Positions 25,943 through 36,570 of a DNA stretch of 55,908 nucleotides are shown here, piece after piece; the stretch's first letter is position 1, and each line of letters opens with the position of its first letter. The DNA is from a virus (Duplodnaviria; Caudoviricetes): the IMG/VR virus record IMGVR_UViG_3300027198_000001, positions 1 to 55,908 of that record. One strand, given 5' to 3'. The notes under the pieces were generated by a model. That model had not been told where the DNA came from and ran no database searches. It saw only the letters and a program-made list of their open reading frames with translations. Both the position numbers and the translations under genes were made by a program.

Positions 25943-27985
25943 ATGGCTAAACGATTTGGTGGCTTTACACCTGAACAGATGGGAAAGATTGTCCCAGAAA
26001 TGCAAGGTATGCAAGCTGATGAGCAAGCTAAGTTCTTAGCCTCTCAGCCTGGTGCTGCTGCTCGTGTAGGCAAGATGAGTGAATTGGCTGAGAAGCGAAT
26101 TAATATGGCTTATGGTGGTTATGTAAAGGGCTATGCTGCTGGCGGCATGGCTACTGATCTAGATACAGCACAACAGTCTTATGCAGACTCCCAGAAAGCA
26201 CTACAAGATGCAAGAGCTGCTCAAGCTGCTAACCCTGAAGACACAACACTACAAGATGCTATTACTTCTGCAGAGGCTGCTGCTAACCTAGCTAAAGAGG
26301 GTATGTCATCTGCTGAAGCTATATTTAAAGCTACTGAAGTACCAACCAGTGCAGAGCTAGTCTCTGGTGCTATCAATGATCCTACATCTATGACAACTAA
26401 AACAGATGTAGAGCTAAACAAAGTAACAGATGAACAACTTATTGACCCCGCTACTGGTCAGCTTAAAGATCCTGCACCTACGGTGAGTGGTACTACAGCA
26501 GAGACTGCTGCTGCTGTTCAAGCACCTACAGACGTTACTGCGGAAGCTGTAAGTACTACACTCTCTACACCTGCTGTATCTAAAGCACTAGACAGCTTAG
26601 AAGCTGCCAAAGGTACTGTATCTGAAGATGCTACTGTAGATGCAGCTAATATGTCTCCACAACAGCTTGCACAGCTAGGCCTAGATGCTGCTCAGATTGA
26701 TAAAGCCCAGACAGTAGATGCACCTGATGCTCGTACACTACAGACTGGTGAAATGGTTTCAGGCTCTGCTGTTGATATGGAGCGGGTCAAGAAAGAGATT
26801 AACTTTGAAGCTGCTACAGGAGCGCCGTCAACAGACGCTACAGTGCAAGGTCAACTTACTGGACTGATGGAGCAGTTTGAAGGTAAAAACCCTCCAGCAT
26901 GGGCTGCAGGTGCTATGAGAGCCGCTGGTGCAGCTATGGCTGCTCGTGGCTTGTCTGCCTCATCTATGGCTGGTCAGGCTGTCGTACAGGCAGCTATGGA
27001 AAGCGCTCTGCCTATCGCTATGCAAGATTCACAGACATCTGCTGCGTTTGAGAAGCAGAACCTTAGCAACAAGCAACAGGCTGCTATGTTTGCTGCAGAG
27101 AAACGTGCTGAGTTCATGGGTATGGAGTTCACCCAAGAGTTCCAAACTCGTGTAGCTAACGCTTCTAAGATCTCTGACATTGCCAATATGAACTTCACTG
27201 CTGAACAGCAGGTAGCCTTAGAGAATGCTCGTATGGCTCAGTCTGTAGACTTGGCTAACCTTGGTGCTAAGAATGCTAAGGTATTGGCAGATGCTGCAGC
27301 TATGTCTCAGATGGACTTGGCTAACCTCTCTAATGAGCAGCAAGCTAGAGTTACGAATGCTAAAGCTTTCCTAGACATGGATATGTCTAACCTAGCTAAT
27401 CAGCAGCAGACTTCTATCTTTAAGACTAAAGCTATGACGGATAGTATCCTGAGTGACTCTTCTGCTGATAATGCTACTAAGCAGTTTAATGCTTCTAGTA
27501 AGATGCAGACAGAGCAGTTCATGGCTAACCTCACCTCTACTGTTAGTATGTTTAACAATGAGCAAACTAATGCAATGAGTAAGTTTAATGCAGGTGAAGC
27601 AAACGCTATTGAGAAGTTCAACAGTGAGCTTATCAACCAGCGTGAACAGTTTAACACAAACAACTCTCTTGTAATTGAGCAAGCTAACGCTGCTTGGTAT
27701 CAATCCGTATCTACTCAAAACACAGCAGCAATCAATGATGCTAACAGAGCAGATGCACAAGCAGCTAACAACATGACTAACCTAGCCTTTAATGCTGCTA
27801 TGCAAGAGACTAGAGATATGATGCAGTATGCTTGGACTTCTGAAGAGAATGATGCTAACAGGGCTGTACAACTAGCCATCGCTAAGCTTAGCTCAGAAGA
27901 TGCTAAAACGGCTGCAGCAGCAAGTAAAACAGAAGGTATGTGGGGAGCTTTTGGTAGCTTCGCTGCGGCTGTATGGAGAGGATAA
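25943..27985 (+). CDS. Internal virion (ejection) protein
   Basis: A/Q/N-rich helical repeats; MAYGG and YAAGG motifs; C-terminal amphipathic segment. Confidence 0.7.
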   Translation: MAKRFGGFTPEQMGKIVPEMQGMQADEQAKFLASQPGAAARVGKMSELAEKRINMAYGGYVKGYAAGGMATDLDTAQQSYADSQKALQDARAAQAANPEDTTLQDAITSAEAAANLAKEGMSSAEAIFKATEVPTSAELVSGAINDPTSMTTKTDVELNKVTDEQLIDPATGQLKDPAPTVSGTTAETAAAVQAPTDVTAEAVSTTLSTPAVSKALDSLEAAKGTVSEDATVDAANMSPQQLAQLGLDAAQIDKAQTVDAPDARTLQTGEMVSGSAVDMERVKKEINFEAATGAPSTDATVQGQLTGLMEQFEGKNPPAWAAGAMRAAGAAMAARGLSASSMAGQAVVQAAMESALPIAMQDSQTSAAFEKQNLSNKQQAAMFAAEKRAEFMGMEFTQEFQTRVANASKISDIANMNFTAEQQVALENARMAQSVDLANLGAKNAKVLADAAAMSQMDLANLSNEQQARVTNAKAFLDMDMSNLANQQQTSIFKTKAMTDSILSDSSADNATKQFNASSKMQTEQFMANLTSTVSMFNNEQTNAMSKFNAGEANAIEKFNSELINQREQFNTNNSLVIEQANAAWYQSVSTQNTAAINDANRADAQAANNMTNLAFNAAMQETRDMMQYAWTSEENDANRAVQLAIAKLSSEDAKTAAAASKTEGMWGAFGSFAAAVWRG

Positions 27986-27989
27986 GCTA

Positions 27990-29108
27990 ATGGATTTCAA
28001 TAAATATAAGTACTCTCTAGATATCTTTGACTTGCTTGGTAGTGATGTAGAAGGTGTAACACCTCTTAGCCGTGGTCTGTTCACCCCTAAGAAGGGTGCA
28101 GAAGAGCCTGAAGTAAAGAGAGACCCAGCTAGAGAAATGGCACAGCTTACAGTTGCTACTTTTGGTGGTCAAGACAATGCTAGAAAGTACTTTGGTACAA
28201 GCCTCCCTGCTACGTCTAATGACTATAGTGACCTAGACCCTTGGAGAGAAGCTGCCCTTAGATCTGCAGAAGAGACTGAGCTTCTAAAGCAGGATAGAGG
28301 TATCACACGGTCCCTAGGTCTAGAAGATGTTGAGAGACGCAACCTTACAGGCGACCCTTTTGAGGGTAATCAACTTGTTAAGTATAAAGCCCCTCCTCTG
28401 CCTAGTATGCGCCCTGTCGTTGACTTTGAGAGATCTCTTAGCTCTGAGGATATTCCTTATAAAGAAGGTGAAGAAGTTGCAACTACAATTACAGATCCAA
28501 CTACAGGGAGAGGTTTGATGTCTCCACAAGGTGGTGGTGTATCTGAAACACCTACAGAAAGTAAGGGTATCCTAGACTTCATTGGTTCTGGTGAAGGTAC
28601 ATACACTTCAAGCAATAGAGGTACTATTGGAAAAGATATTATAGGCGCAAATAGAAACACTACTAGAAATGGTAAGTCTTTGACTGAGATGACTATTGGT
28701 GAAATCCAAGCCCTACAGACTATTGATGATCCTAATGATCCTAACAGGCTATTTGCAGTGGGTAAGTATCAAGTTATTCCAAGCACAATGGATATTGTTG
28801 TGAAGGGTTTAGACCTCTCTTCTGATCAGATTTTTGATACAGCGACACAAGATAGAATTGCTAAGTTCTTAATCAGTGAGAAGAGACCTAAACTAGGGGA
28901 CTTCTTGTCTGGTGGCGAAACATCCCTAGACCGTGCAATGCTTGAAATGGCTAAAGAGTTTGCATCTATCCCTGTGCCGTATGACGTTAAAAAAGGTAGC
29001 AGGACTATTAAAGCGGGTCAGAGCTATTACGCTGAAGAAGGTGGTAACTTAGCTAATCACACTATAGAAGAGACTAGAAACATGCTGTTAGCTGCTAGAA
29101 GCTCATAA
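27990..29108 (+). CDS. Internal virion protein with C-terminal lysozyme-like domain
   Basis: LDFIGSGEG...LTEMTIGEI...AVGKYQVIPST...FD..TQD...EFASIP; ATG at 27990. Confidence 0.8.
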   Translation: MDFNKYKYSLDIFDLLGSDVEGVTPLSRGLFTPKKGAEEPEVKRDPAREMAQLTVATFGGQDNARKYFGTSLPATSNDYSDLDPWREAALRSAEETELLKQDRGITRSLGLEDVERRNLTGDPFEGNQLVKYKAPPLPSMRPVVDFERSLSSEDIPYKEGEEVATTITDPTTGRGLMSPQGGGVSETPTESKGILDFIGSGEGTYTSSNRGTIGKDIIGANRNTTRNGKSLTEMTIGEIQALQTIDDPNDPNRLFAVGKYQVIPSTMDIVVKGLDLSSDQIFDTATQDRIAKFLISEKRPKLGDFLSGGETSLDRAMLEMAKEFASIPVPYDVKKGSRTIKAGQSYYAEEGGNLANHTIEETRNMLLAARSS

Positions 29109-29174
29109 TCTAGTTTCATTATAATCTGTATCTGCTATTATAGCACCAACACGACATTCTAAGAAAGTATAACA

Positions 29175-29738
29175 ATGGTAGATGTATTCTCTCGCCCCAT
29201 CCCAGGTCAATCCCTCACAGCTACACCAAAGAACGCACCTTGGGAGAGGCCTCCTGAGCTTGTAGAGACAGGTGATGCAGTCAAGTATTACATCAACAAG
29301 CTTGCAGATGAAGATGTCATGGATGATCTTGCTGTTACCTTTGAGATGGGTGCTGACCTCAAGACTGTAGTGGAAACACTTATGACTATGGGTTCTATGA
29401 AAGGCTTACACACTGTAGAGGTTGGCATGTTGGCTGGACCTATTGTGGCATCCTTTGTTAAGGCTGCTATGTCTACGTATGGTATTGAAGTTAAAGAGAC
29501 AGCTACAGACCCTAAAGAAGATCGTAAAGATAGAAACATTGCCCGCATGAAACTCTTGATGCAGGAATACCTTAAAACAGACCCTAAGAAAGATGCTGGA
29601 TCAGAATTGATTGAAGAGCTATCCACAGTAGACGCTACAGACGTATCACAAGATGATACAGAACCACAACAAGAGCAAGAGCCTATGATGGAAGCAGAAG
29701 CTGCTCCTACAGGTCTTATGGCTAAGGGAGAAGTATAA
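29175..29738 (+). CDS. Putative internal virion protein
   Basis: RPIPGQSLT..P.N.PWERPP N-terminus; coupled to the next gene. Confidence 0.7.
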   Translation: MVDVFSRPIPGQSLTATPKNAPWERPPELVETGDAVKYYINKLADEDVMDDLAVTFEMGADLKTVVETLMTMGSMKGLHTVEVGMLAGPIVASFVKAAMSTYGIEVKETATDPKEDRKDRNIARMKLLMQEYLKTDPKKDAGSELIEELSTVDATDVSQDDTEPQQEQEPMMEAEAAPTGLMAKGEV

Positions 29739-32092
29739 TGGCTGATTGGCAAGCATTCGCTACAGCATTCTTGGGTGACTCAGCTACGTACATCAACGAG
29801 CGTAAAGACAAGGCAGAAGACTACGCAGAGAAACTTGCTGAGCAAGCAGAGCGTAACAAAGGTAAGCTACTGCAGCTTAGACAGGTAGCAGATGCACAGA
29901 ACTCTTTTGTAGGACAAGCTCGTGATCTACATGCAAGTGATGCACAGATTGAGGCTGCACTAGATGCTGGACCTGAAGGCCTAAAAACGCTTGTAGGTAC
30001 ATTAAATACACTTAGATCTTCTTATGGCTCTAGTTTTAATGCTGACTTGGTTAAAGAAGCTGCTGCACTCCCAGAGGCATTCTCTCCAACGGGTAACATT
30101 GACGTATATTCACGTTATGGCCTTGGTAGCCAAACTATGGGCGATATTGAAGCACCTAAAGGTGGATGGTTTGCAAGGGCTATGGGTACAGATGCTAAAG
30201 CTCGTGTTAGAGCAGAAGCTGATGCAGAGGCATTTGGCGGTACGGGTATGTCTGTATATGACATGGCAGAGCTTGATAGTGTGACAGGCTACACCAGCAG
30301 AAACAGTGGATCTTACTTGCGTTACACTCAACCAAAGATATTCAACCCTGCTAATACTGCTGAAGAACAAACAAATATTATGACAAGGGCAAAGCTTGTT
30401 ATGGCTATGGATGGGTATACAGCTTTTGATACCGCTATTGCTAATGCAGATACTAAATTCAAAACGCCTGAACAGGTAGCTGCTGAGGTAGCTAACTTAA
30501 AAGCTCAACAAAAACAATTCCTTACTGATAACATATACGGGTATATAGACACACAAACAGCTCTATTTGGAGAGTCCTACCTTGAAGCTGTTGGGCCTAG
30601 CCTACAGAGTCTTGGTTTAAGCCCTGACAACCTTAGCCCAGTGAGAGGTACTGTTGATGCAGGGAGCTTATCATCAGGTGTAACAGAGAATGAGGATGGT
30701 AGCTTAGCGGTTACTTTTAGCACTACCAATGAAGAGGGTGAAGCTACGATAGACTCTTTTACAGTAACTGTTGATGGCTTAGTTAAAGGATCAGATGGTA
30801 CGGTTCTATCCCCAGAAAAGTCTGCTGAGGCCTTAGATTATTATGGTCTTGTATCTCCTGCTGCACTTGCTGCCGCTGCTGAAGCTGATGTCGATGAAGT
30901 AGATGCTGAAGTTATTGAAGACCCTATCATGGCAGCTTACCAAGAGTATGGTCAGTCTAGAAAAGCTGGTGTACCTGTGTCTGCAGAGGATGTCCGTAAT
31001 CAAATGGGTGATATTGGACAAACCTTAGCTGAAGCCACAGATGTAGCAGTAGATTGGACAGTGGGTGCTGCACAAACAGTAGATAGAGGGTTAGCATACG
31101 CAACAAAACCTATATCTAAGTTTACGAATGGTACAGCTATGGTAATGGGTTCCATTATGGATGCAGTAGGTATGCCTGGTGCTGATAAAGCTGCTGATAA
31201 CCTTTATCAATTTGTAGCTGATAGCGTCAATGGTAGACAGAGTAAGCTAGATAAAGGCTTATTTGCTTCTCTACTTGATAATGAAGGTAATCAAGGAGAT
31301 CCTGATGTTCCAAGTATTTATGAGTTCTTTAAGAATGTCTTTGATATCGACAAGAAAGACTTTGAGAATAGTCCAGAAGCTGTAGCATCTATTGAACAGT
31401 TGGCCGCTGACATTCAGGCTAACAAGCGTCAACGCATTGGCACTGTAGGCTTCCAAGACTTAGGCTTACGAGAGGGTGAAAACATTTCTGAAGATATGCC
31501 TGAAACTGCTTCTGATACAAACTTAGATAGAATGGAGCAATCACGCCTAGGACGAGTAGGGGCTGAGTCTGACAGGCTCTCTACAGAGTCTAAGTCTATG
31601 CCAGATGGTTACATCCCTGTTCAAATTGGTGCAACAGAGTTAAATCTACCTAGTGTCATTGAAGGCCTTAGTGTTGCTGCAAGAAATGCCTTGGAAAAAG
31701 ATCTTAAAGCTTGGTCTGAGCGTCCGACTCCTAGAGGGTATCAGCCTACACAGATTGGTGCAACAGAGTTGAACCTTCCTAAAATGCTTGAAGCACTAAA
31801 GCCTAAGACACGTACTATGGTTGAAAAAGAGCTACAAGCACTGCCTCAAACACCTGAGCGTAGAGCTAATGCTGCACGAGACCAAAGAGTTTCTAATGAA
31901 GTTAATCGCCGTGAGCTTACAGAAGGTGCTACACGTATAGCTGAGATGCTCTCACGCCCCACATCTGAAGTAAGCCAAGAGGAACTAACTAAGTTTATCA
32001 TGGAAGTACAGGCTAAGTTTGGCGAAGATGCAGTGAAGGCAGAACTACAGCGTGTCATTCGTGGCAGAGCAGCAAAAGGCGGTACAGAGTAA
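29738..32092 (+). CDS. Putative internal virion protein
   Basis: 784 aa helical protein in the ejectosome position; internal QIGATELNLP duplication. Confidence 0.7.
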   Translation: MADWQAFATAFLGDSATYINERKDKAEDYAEKLAEQAERNKGKLLQLRQVADAQNSFVGQARDLHASDAQIEAALDAGPEGLKTLVGTLNTLRSSYGSSFNADLVKEAAALPEAFSPTGNIDVYSRYGLGSQTMGDIEAPKGGWFARAMGTDAKARVRAEADAEAFGGTGMSVYDMAELDSVTGYTSRNSGSYLRYTQPKIFNPANTAEEQTNIMTRAKLVMAMDGYTAFDTAIANADTKFKTPEQVAAEVANLKAQQKQFLTDNIYGYIDTQTALFGESYLEAVGPSLQSLGLSPDNLSPVRGTVDAGSLSSGVTENEDGSLAVTFSTTNEEGEATIDSFTVTVDGLVKGSDGTVLSPEKSAEALDYYGLVSPAALAAAAEADVDEVDAEVIEDPIMAAYQEYGQSRKAGVPVSAEDVRNQMGDIGQTLAEATDVAVDWTVGAAQTVDRGLAYATKPISKFTNGTAMVMGSIMDAVGMPGADKAADNLYQFVADSVNGRQSKLDKGLFASLLDNEGNQGDPDVPSIYEFFKNVFDIDKKDFENSPEAVASIEQLAADIQANKRQRIGTVGFQDLGLREGENISEDMPETASDTNLDRMEQSRLGRVGAESDRLSTESKSMPDGYIPVQIGATELNLPSVIEGLSVAARNALEKDLKAWSERPTPRGYQPTQIGATELNLPKMLEALKPKTRTMVEKELQALPQTPERRANAARDQRVSNEVNRRELTEGATRIAEMLSRPTSEVSQEELTKFIMEVQAKFGEDAVKAELQRVIRGRAAKGGTE

Positions 32093-35000
32093 TGGCTGAA
32101 GATCAAGACTTTTTCAATAAACTCATGGGTGGTACTAGAGTTGTAGAGCCTACTGAGGTTAAGCCTGTAGAAGATACAAAGCCCGTAGAAGAAGATGACT
32201 TTTTCAATAAACTTATGAGTGGTACTAAAGTTGCATCAGAGCAACCCACTCGTACAGCACAAGCTACAACACGTCCTTACGAAGGTGTAGTAAACAACCG
32301 TACAGATAAGCTAAAGAAGGATGACCTTCTACGTACAGAAAACATTGGTGTAATCCGTAGCTATATGGGTCAGAAGTATGGTACGGATGGCGTTAAAGGT
32401 ACAGACGAAGAAGTCATGGAATCCTTTGTAGACACTATGCGCTGGTTTAACACAAACACTGCAAGTACTATTGGTGAAGCTCGTCGTATCAAGAATGCTG
32501 ATGAAACTAAAAGAGCCACAGCAGGTGAAGCTTTTGAATTGTATGACCGCTTAGGCAACGTCTTTGTCAACGATGGTGTCATGGGTGCTGTAGATGGCGT
32601 GAAAGACTATATCTTTGCTGCTGTTGCTGACCCTACAAACTACCTTGGTTTGCTTACTGGTGGTTGGGCTAAAGCTGGTGCTGTAGGCGTAGGTGCAGCA
32701 GGTAAAGAGTTAGTAAAAGGTTTGGCTAGACAGGCTGGTGAAGAGGCTCTCAAGAAAGGTCTCAACAAGACCGCACAACAGGCTGCTGTAGATGCAGCGG
32801 TATCAGGTGCTACATCTCAGCTTGTTAAGCGTGGCATTCGTGGACCTGCTCGTAAGGCTCTTATCAAGGAAGCAGCTAAACGTGAAGCTGATCTCTTTGA
32901 GTATACCATTAAGCGCCGGGCAGAGTCTGACTTTATGAAAGACCGTATTACGTCTGCAACTAAAGGTTCTATCATCAACACTATTGCACTTGATGGTGCA
33001 GTAGCTGCAATGAACGATGTACAGATCCAAAACACAATGATGGATGTAGGTGTACAAGAAGAGTATAGCCTCCTTCAGACAGGCTTCTCGTCATTGCTTG
33101 GTGGTGTTGGTGGTACATTCCAACTTGCAGGTATGAACCTTCCTATTAAGTCTAACGTATCTGACATTGCTGCTGATATTGATATTGGTAAGATGAAGGG
33201 TGAGATGACTAGGACTATTAACCTAGCTCTAGACAAGACTGAAACTAAGCAAGCTACTGATGCAGTACTTAAAGCAGCTAAATCTTGGAAAGAGAAAGTA
33301 GCTCGTGGTAAGGCTGTCTATGACGATGTACCTACTGCTGTAGACCTTATTAAAGACATCATGTTTGGTGCAGATGAGAAGAGCGGTCTCGTAGCTATCT
33401 ACAGAGACAAGGGTGTACAACTACCACAAGACATGCGGGTCACAGACCTAATGACTAACCTTGTGAAGTATATGGCACCTAAAGAGCTTGATAGCATCAA
33501 CAAGGAGATTAAATCTCTTGGTATTTCCCTTGGAGACACAACACAAGTAGCTACAAACCTTCGTGATCTTATTGCTGTAGAAGTTAGCAAAGGTGGCCAG
33601 CTTCTTAATGTAATGTCTCAAGTACGTAGAACTATTGATGGCGGTGTATACAGAGGTGAGCAGATCTTGCAGCAACAAACAGAAGAGGCTATGGAAGCCT
33701 TGCCTGATAAAGCTGACTATGGTCGCTACATGCAGGGTCTCTGGAGACGTATGCTTGTATCCAGCCCTGCTACATCTGCAGTAAACGTATTGGGCTTTAC
33801 TCAATTCTATGGTGGTACAGCTATCGCAGAAGTGCTGACAGGTAGTCAGTTCTTGGTTGCTGGCCTCATTAAAGGTGGTAGCAAGACCGCTGCAGGTAAA
33901 GAGAGCCTGAGAAAAGCTGCTGTGTACAAAGATATGGTTACACAAAAGCTTCGCTATCTTGCTGACCCTCACTCCACCAAAGAAGCCTACATGAAGATCC
34001 TAGAAGATTATGACAATGTTCGTAAGACTCTATATGAATCTCTTACAGGTGGTGTAGACGTTAATGCTGAGCGTTATGGTATTGATCCTAGCAACCCTAT
34101 CTTTAAGAGCTTGGAATCTCTTGCAGAAGGTTCTTCTATTATTGCTGGTGTAAGAGCGCAGGACACTTGGTCTAAGTCTGTCATGTTTATGTCAGAGATG
34201 GATAAGCAGATGCGTCTGAAGCATGACATGCCTCTAGATGCTGTATTGCGTGGTGGTAAGATGGAACTTATTGATGATGACATCTTAGGTAAAACATTGG
34301 ATGCTACTCAGAAGTCGGTCTTCTCTAAAGACTATACAACAGGTCAAAACTCTTTGGTTGAGGGTGTAGCTACAACTGTAGAGTCTATCTCTCGTGCGCC
34401 TCTCTTGGGTACACTCTTGCCGTTTGGCAGGTTCTTCAACAACGTACTAGCATCCACATACCAGTGGACAGCGGGTGGTATGCTTGGCTACGCTGGGGCT
34501 ATTAAGCGTCAGGTAGTGAATGGTAAGCCTATTGAAGTGTCTGACGTAGAGGCGTTGTCTAGAAGCGCTGTAGGTCTTACATTCATGTATCTAGCTATGG
34601 ACTACGACAAGGAGCGTCAAAAGGATAACCTTAGCATCTTTGACGTTAAAGTAGGTGATACTATTGTTAACGCTCAGAACACTTTCCCTATGTCTCTGTT
34701 CCTATCTGCTGGTAGACTTCTCAATGATAAGCGTGAAGGCAAGCCAGTAAACAACGAAGTCTGGATGTCTACACTTGAGCAGTTGGCTGTTGGTCAGCTT
34801 GCATCTGATGTAGAGTTTAAGAATGACATTCGTGCGCTGGGCGAAGCTATCTTCAGTGAAGATGGTGACAAGGGTGCTGCTATGCTTGATGGCCTAGCTA
34901 TGAAGTCTGGTAACTTTGTAGCAGGTTTCACAAGACCTTTGGATGCAGCAAACAAGATGGTTGGCCTCATGGTTAACAATGATGCAGCTAAAGATGTGAG

Positions 35001-35619
35001 ACAGGCTGAAGGTGGTGCTGTCATTGCTCAGAGTGCAACCAAGTACGTAGACAACATCATTGAACTTCTGATTGGTGAGACAGAGACTATCACAGGTGAT
35101 ACACTACGTGTAGCTACTCGTGAGGGTGATCTGAGAGATCCTAACCCTTTCTTGTCTATGCTGGGTATTAAGATCCAAGAAGGTCGTACCCCTGGTGAAG
35201 AGCTTTACGATATGATGGACATGCCACGCTATACAGCTAACAAGCGTACACAGATTGCTGCATATGATCGTGCCTACAACGAGTATATTGCACCAACGGT
35301 TAATCGTTATGCACAAGAGATGTTATCTAATCCTGACTTCCAAGCTCTACCAGAGGATAAGCAGAGAGTAGTAATGACTGCTAGACTAAAGGAAGCTGCT
35401 ACACAGATGAAGACATACCTTGAGAATGCTCCTACGGAATCTCACATTCAAACTATCAGGCTTAAAGCTTTGGCTGTACCTAAAGCACCAAAACAAGCTG
35501 CACTGAAGTTTCTGCGAGAAGAGGAGGGCTTTGACGGTACAATCAAAGATATGTCATACTTAGAACTAGCAGCCTACATGCAATACGTAGAATACTACAA
35601 AGCCCAGACAGACTGGTAA
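32092..35619 (+). CDS. Large internal virion protein
   Basis: 1175 aa, last gene of the + arm; N-terminal DFFNKLM.GT duplication. Confidence 0.75.
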   Translation: MAEDQDFFNKLMGGTRVVEPTEVKPVEDTKPVEEDDFFNKLMSGTKVASEQPTRTAQATTRPYEGVVNNRTDKLKKDDLLRTENIGVIRSYMGQKYGTDGVKGTDEEVMESFVDTMRWFNTNTASTIGEARRIKNADETKRATAGEAFELYDRLGNVFVNDGVMGAVDGVKDYIFAAVADPTNYLGLLTGGWAKAGAVGVGAAGKELVKGLARQAGEEALKKGLNKTAQQAAVDAAVSGATSQLVKRGIRGPARKALIKEAAKREADLFEYTIKRRAESDFMKDRITSATKGSIINTIALDGAVAAMNDVQIQNTMMDVGVQEEYSLLQTGFSSLLGGVGGTFQLAGMNLPIKSNVSDIAADIDIGKMKGEMTRTINLALDKTETKQATDAVLKAAKSWKEKVARGKAVYDDVPTAVDLIKDIMFGADEKSGLVAIYRDKGVQLPQDMRVTDLMTNLVKYMAPKELDSINKEIKSLGISLGDTTQVATNLRDLIAVEVSKGGQLLNVMSQVRRTIDGGVYRGEQILQQQTEEAMEALPDKADYGRYMQGLWRRMLVSSPATSAVNVLGFTQFYGGTAIAEVLTGSQFLVAGLIKGGSKTAAGKESLRKAAVYKDMVTQKLRYLADPHSTKEAYMKILEDYDNVRKTLYESLTGGVDVNAERYGIDPSNPIFKSLESLAEGSSIIAGVRAQDTWSKSVMFMSEMDKQMRLKHDMPLDAVLRGGKMELIDDDILGKTLDATQKSVFSKDYTTGQNSLVEGVATTVESISRAPLLGTLLPFGRFFNNVLASTYQWTAGGMLGYAGAIKRQVVNGKPIEVSDVEALSRSAVGLTFMYLAMDYDKERQKDNLSIFDVKVGDTIVNAQNTFPMSLFLSAGRLLNDKREGKPVNNEVWMSTLEQLAVGQLASDVEFKNDIRALGEAIFSEDGDKGAAMLDGLAMKSGNFVAGFTRPLDAANKMVGLMVNNDAAKDVRQAEGGAVIAQSATKYVDNIIELLIGETETITGDTLRVATREGDLRDPNPFLSMLGIKIQEGRTPGEELYDMMDMPRYTANKRTQIAAYDRAYNEYIAPTVNRYAQEMLSNPDFQALPEDKQRVVMTARLKEAATQMKTYLENAPTESHIQTIRLKALAVPKAPKQAALKFLREEEGFDGTIKDMSYLELAAYMQYVEYYKAQTDW

Positions 35620-35630
35620 AACAAAAGAAG

Positions 35631-35658
35631 AGGGGAGCCGCTAAGCTCCCCTTTTTTT
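35631..35658. terminator. Bidirectional Rho-independent terminator
   Basis: AGGGGAGC-cgctaa-GCTCCCCT with a T-run on the right and an A-rich run on the left, between the convergent arms. Confidence 0.9.
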
Positions 35659-35659
35659 A

Positions 35660-35863
35660 TTACTTAACACCGTGTGTGTCTGCTGCTTTCTTTGCCCACA
35701 TGATCGACTCTGTTAGTCGCTCTAGTGCATTGATCCGCTCTTCTGACACATATAGATTATCTGTGTAGTACTTCTCTAGATTAGCAGCGGCTTCCAGCAA
35801 GGCTTCAGAAAAGATATCACCATAAGACTTCCTGAACACTGCTGCTTCTTCTTCTATACTCAT
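35660..35863 (-). CDS. Small helical protein, Acb2/Tad1-like
   Basis: ERINALERLTESIMWAKKA resembles the R..A.T.LEE..MWA..A motif. Confidence 0.55.
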   Translation of the reverse strand: MSIEEEAAVFRKSYGDIFSEALLEAAANLEKYYTDNLYVSEERINALERLTESIMWAKKAADTHGVK

Positions 35864-36570
35864 AGACCTTCTTTCATAAACACCTTAACCCACTCAGCAC
35901 AGATACCACTACGCACAATGTCATCCACACCAAACTCAATGACAGGAACATCCAACAAGTGCTTCTTAGAGAGATGAATGACCTTGGCGAGACCAGACGT
36001 ACCTTTAAGATCGGACTGTTGAATGTCCCCGTTCATAACGATTGTACTACCTTCGCCTACACGAGTCAACAGCATTTTAATCTCTGCTACTTCGATGTTC
36101 TGGGCTTCGTCTACAATGATGAAAGCATTATCAAAGCTACGACCACGCATGAGTGCAAGTGTAGCTACTTCGATGTTGCCAGCCTTTAGTGCTGTATCTA
36201 CTGCACCACGACCTAGATGCTTTACCAGAACGTCCAACACAGGTAAGGCCCAAGGCTGTGCTTTCTCTTCAAGAGTACCGGGCAAGAACCCAATGTCTTT
36301 ACCTACAGCTACGTGAGGCCGTGTGATAACGATCTTGTCGATCTCTTTGAGAGTATACAGATCGGCAGCACATGTAGCTGTGACGTAGGTCTTACCAGTA
36401 CCCGCAGGGCCAAGGATAAGCACTTGCTGGCTTGTGTTGATAGCTTGGATAAGCTTCCCTTGGTTTACCGTCTTAGGTACAATACCTGACACAGGCTTAG
36501 ATGCCGCCCCTTTGTATGTAGTCTTACGGCGTGAGCGTGTAGTCTTCTTTGGTGGTTCACTATCGTTCAT
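35860..36570 (-). CDS. phoH: PhoH-like ATPase
   Basis: GPAGTGKT, ITRP, GFLPGTLEEK, MRGRSF, IVDEAQN, GDIQQSD. Confidence 0.95.
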   Translation of the reverse strand: MNDSEPPKKTTRSRRKTTYKGAASKPVSGIVPKTVNQGKLIQAINTSQQVLILGPAGTGKTYVTATCAADLYTLKEIDKIVITRPHVAVGKDIGFLPGTLEEKAQPWALPVLDVLVKHLGRGAVDTALKAGNIEVATLALMRGRSFDNAFIIVDEAQNIEVAEIKMLLTRVGEGSTIVMNGDIQQSDLKGTSGLAKVIHLSKKHLLDVPVIEFGVDDIVRSGICAEWVKVFMKEGL

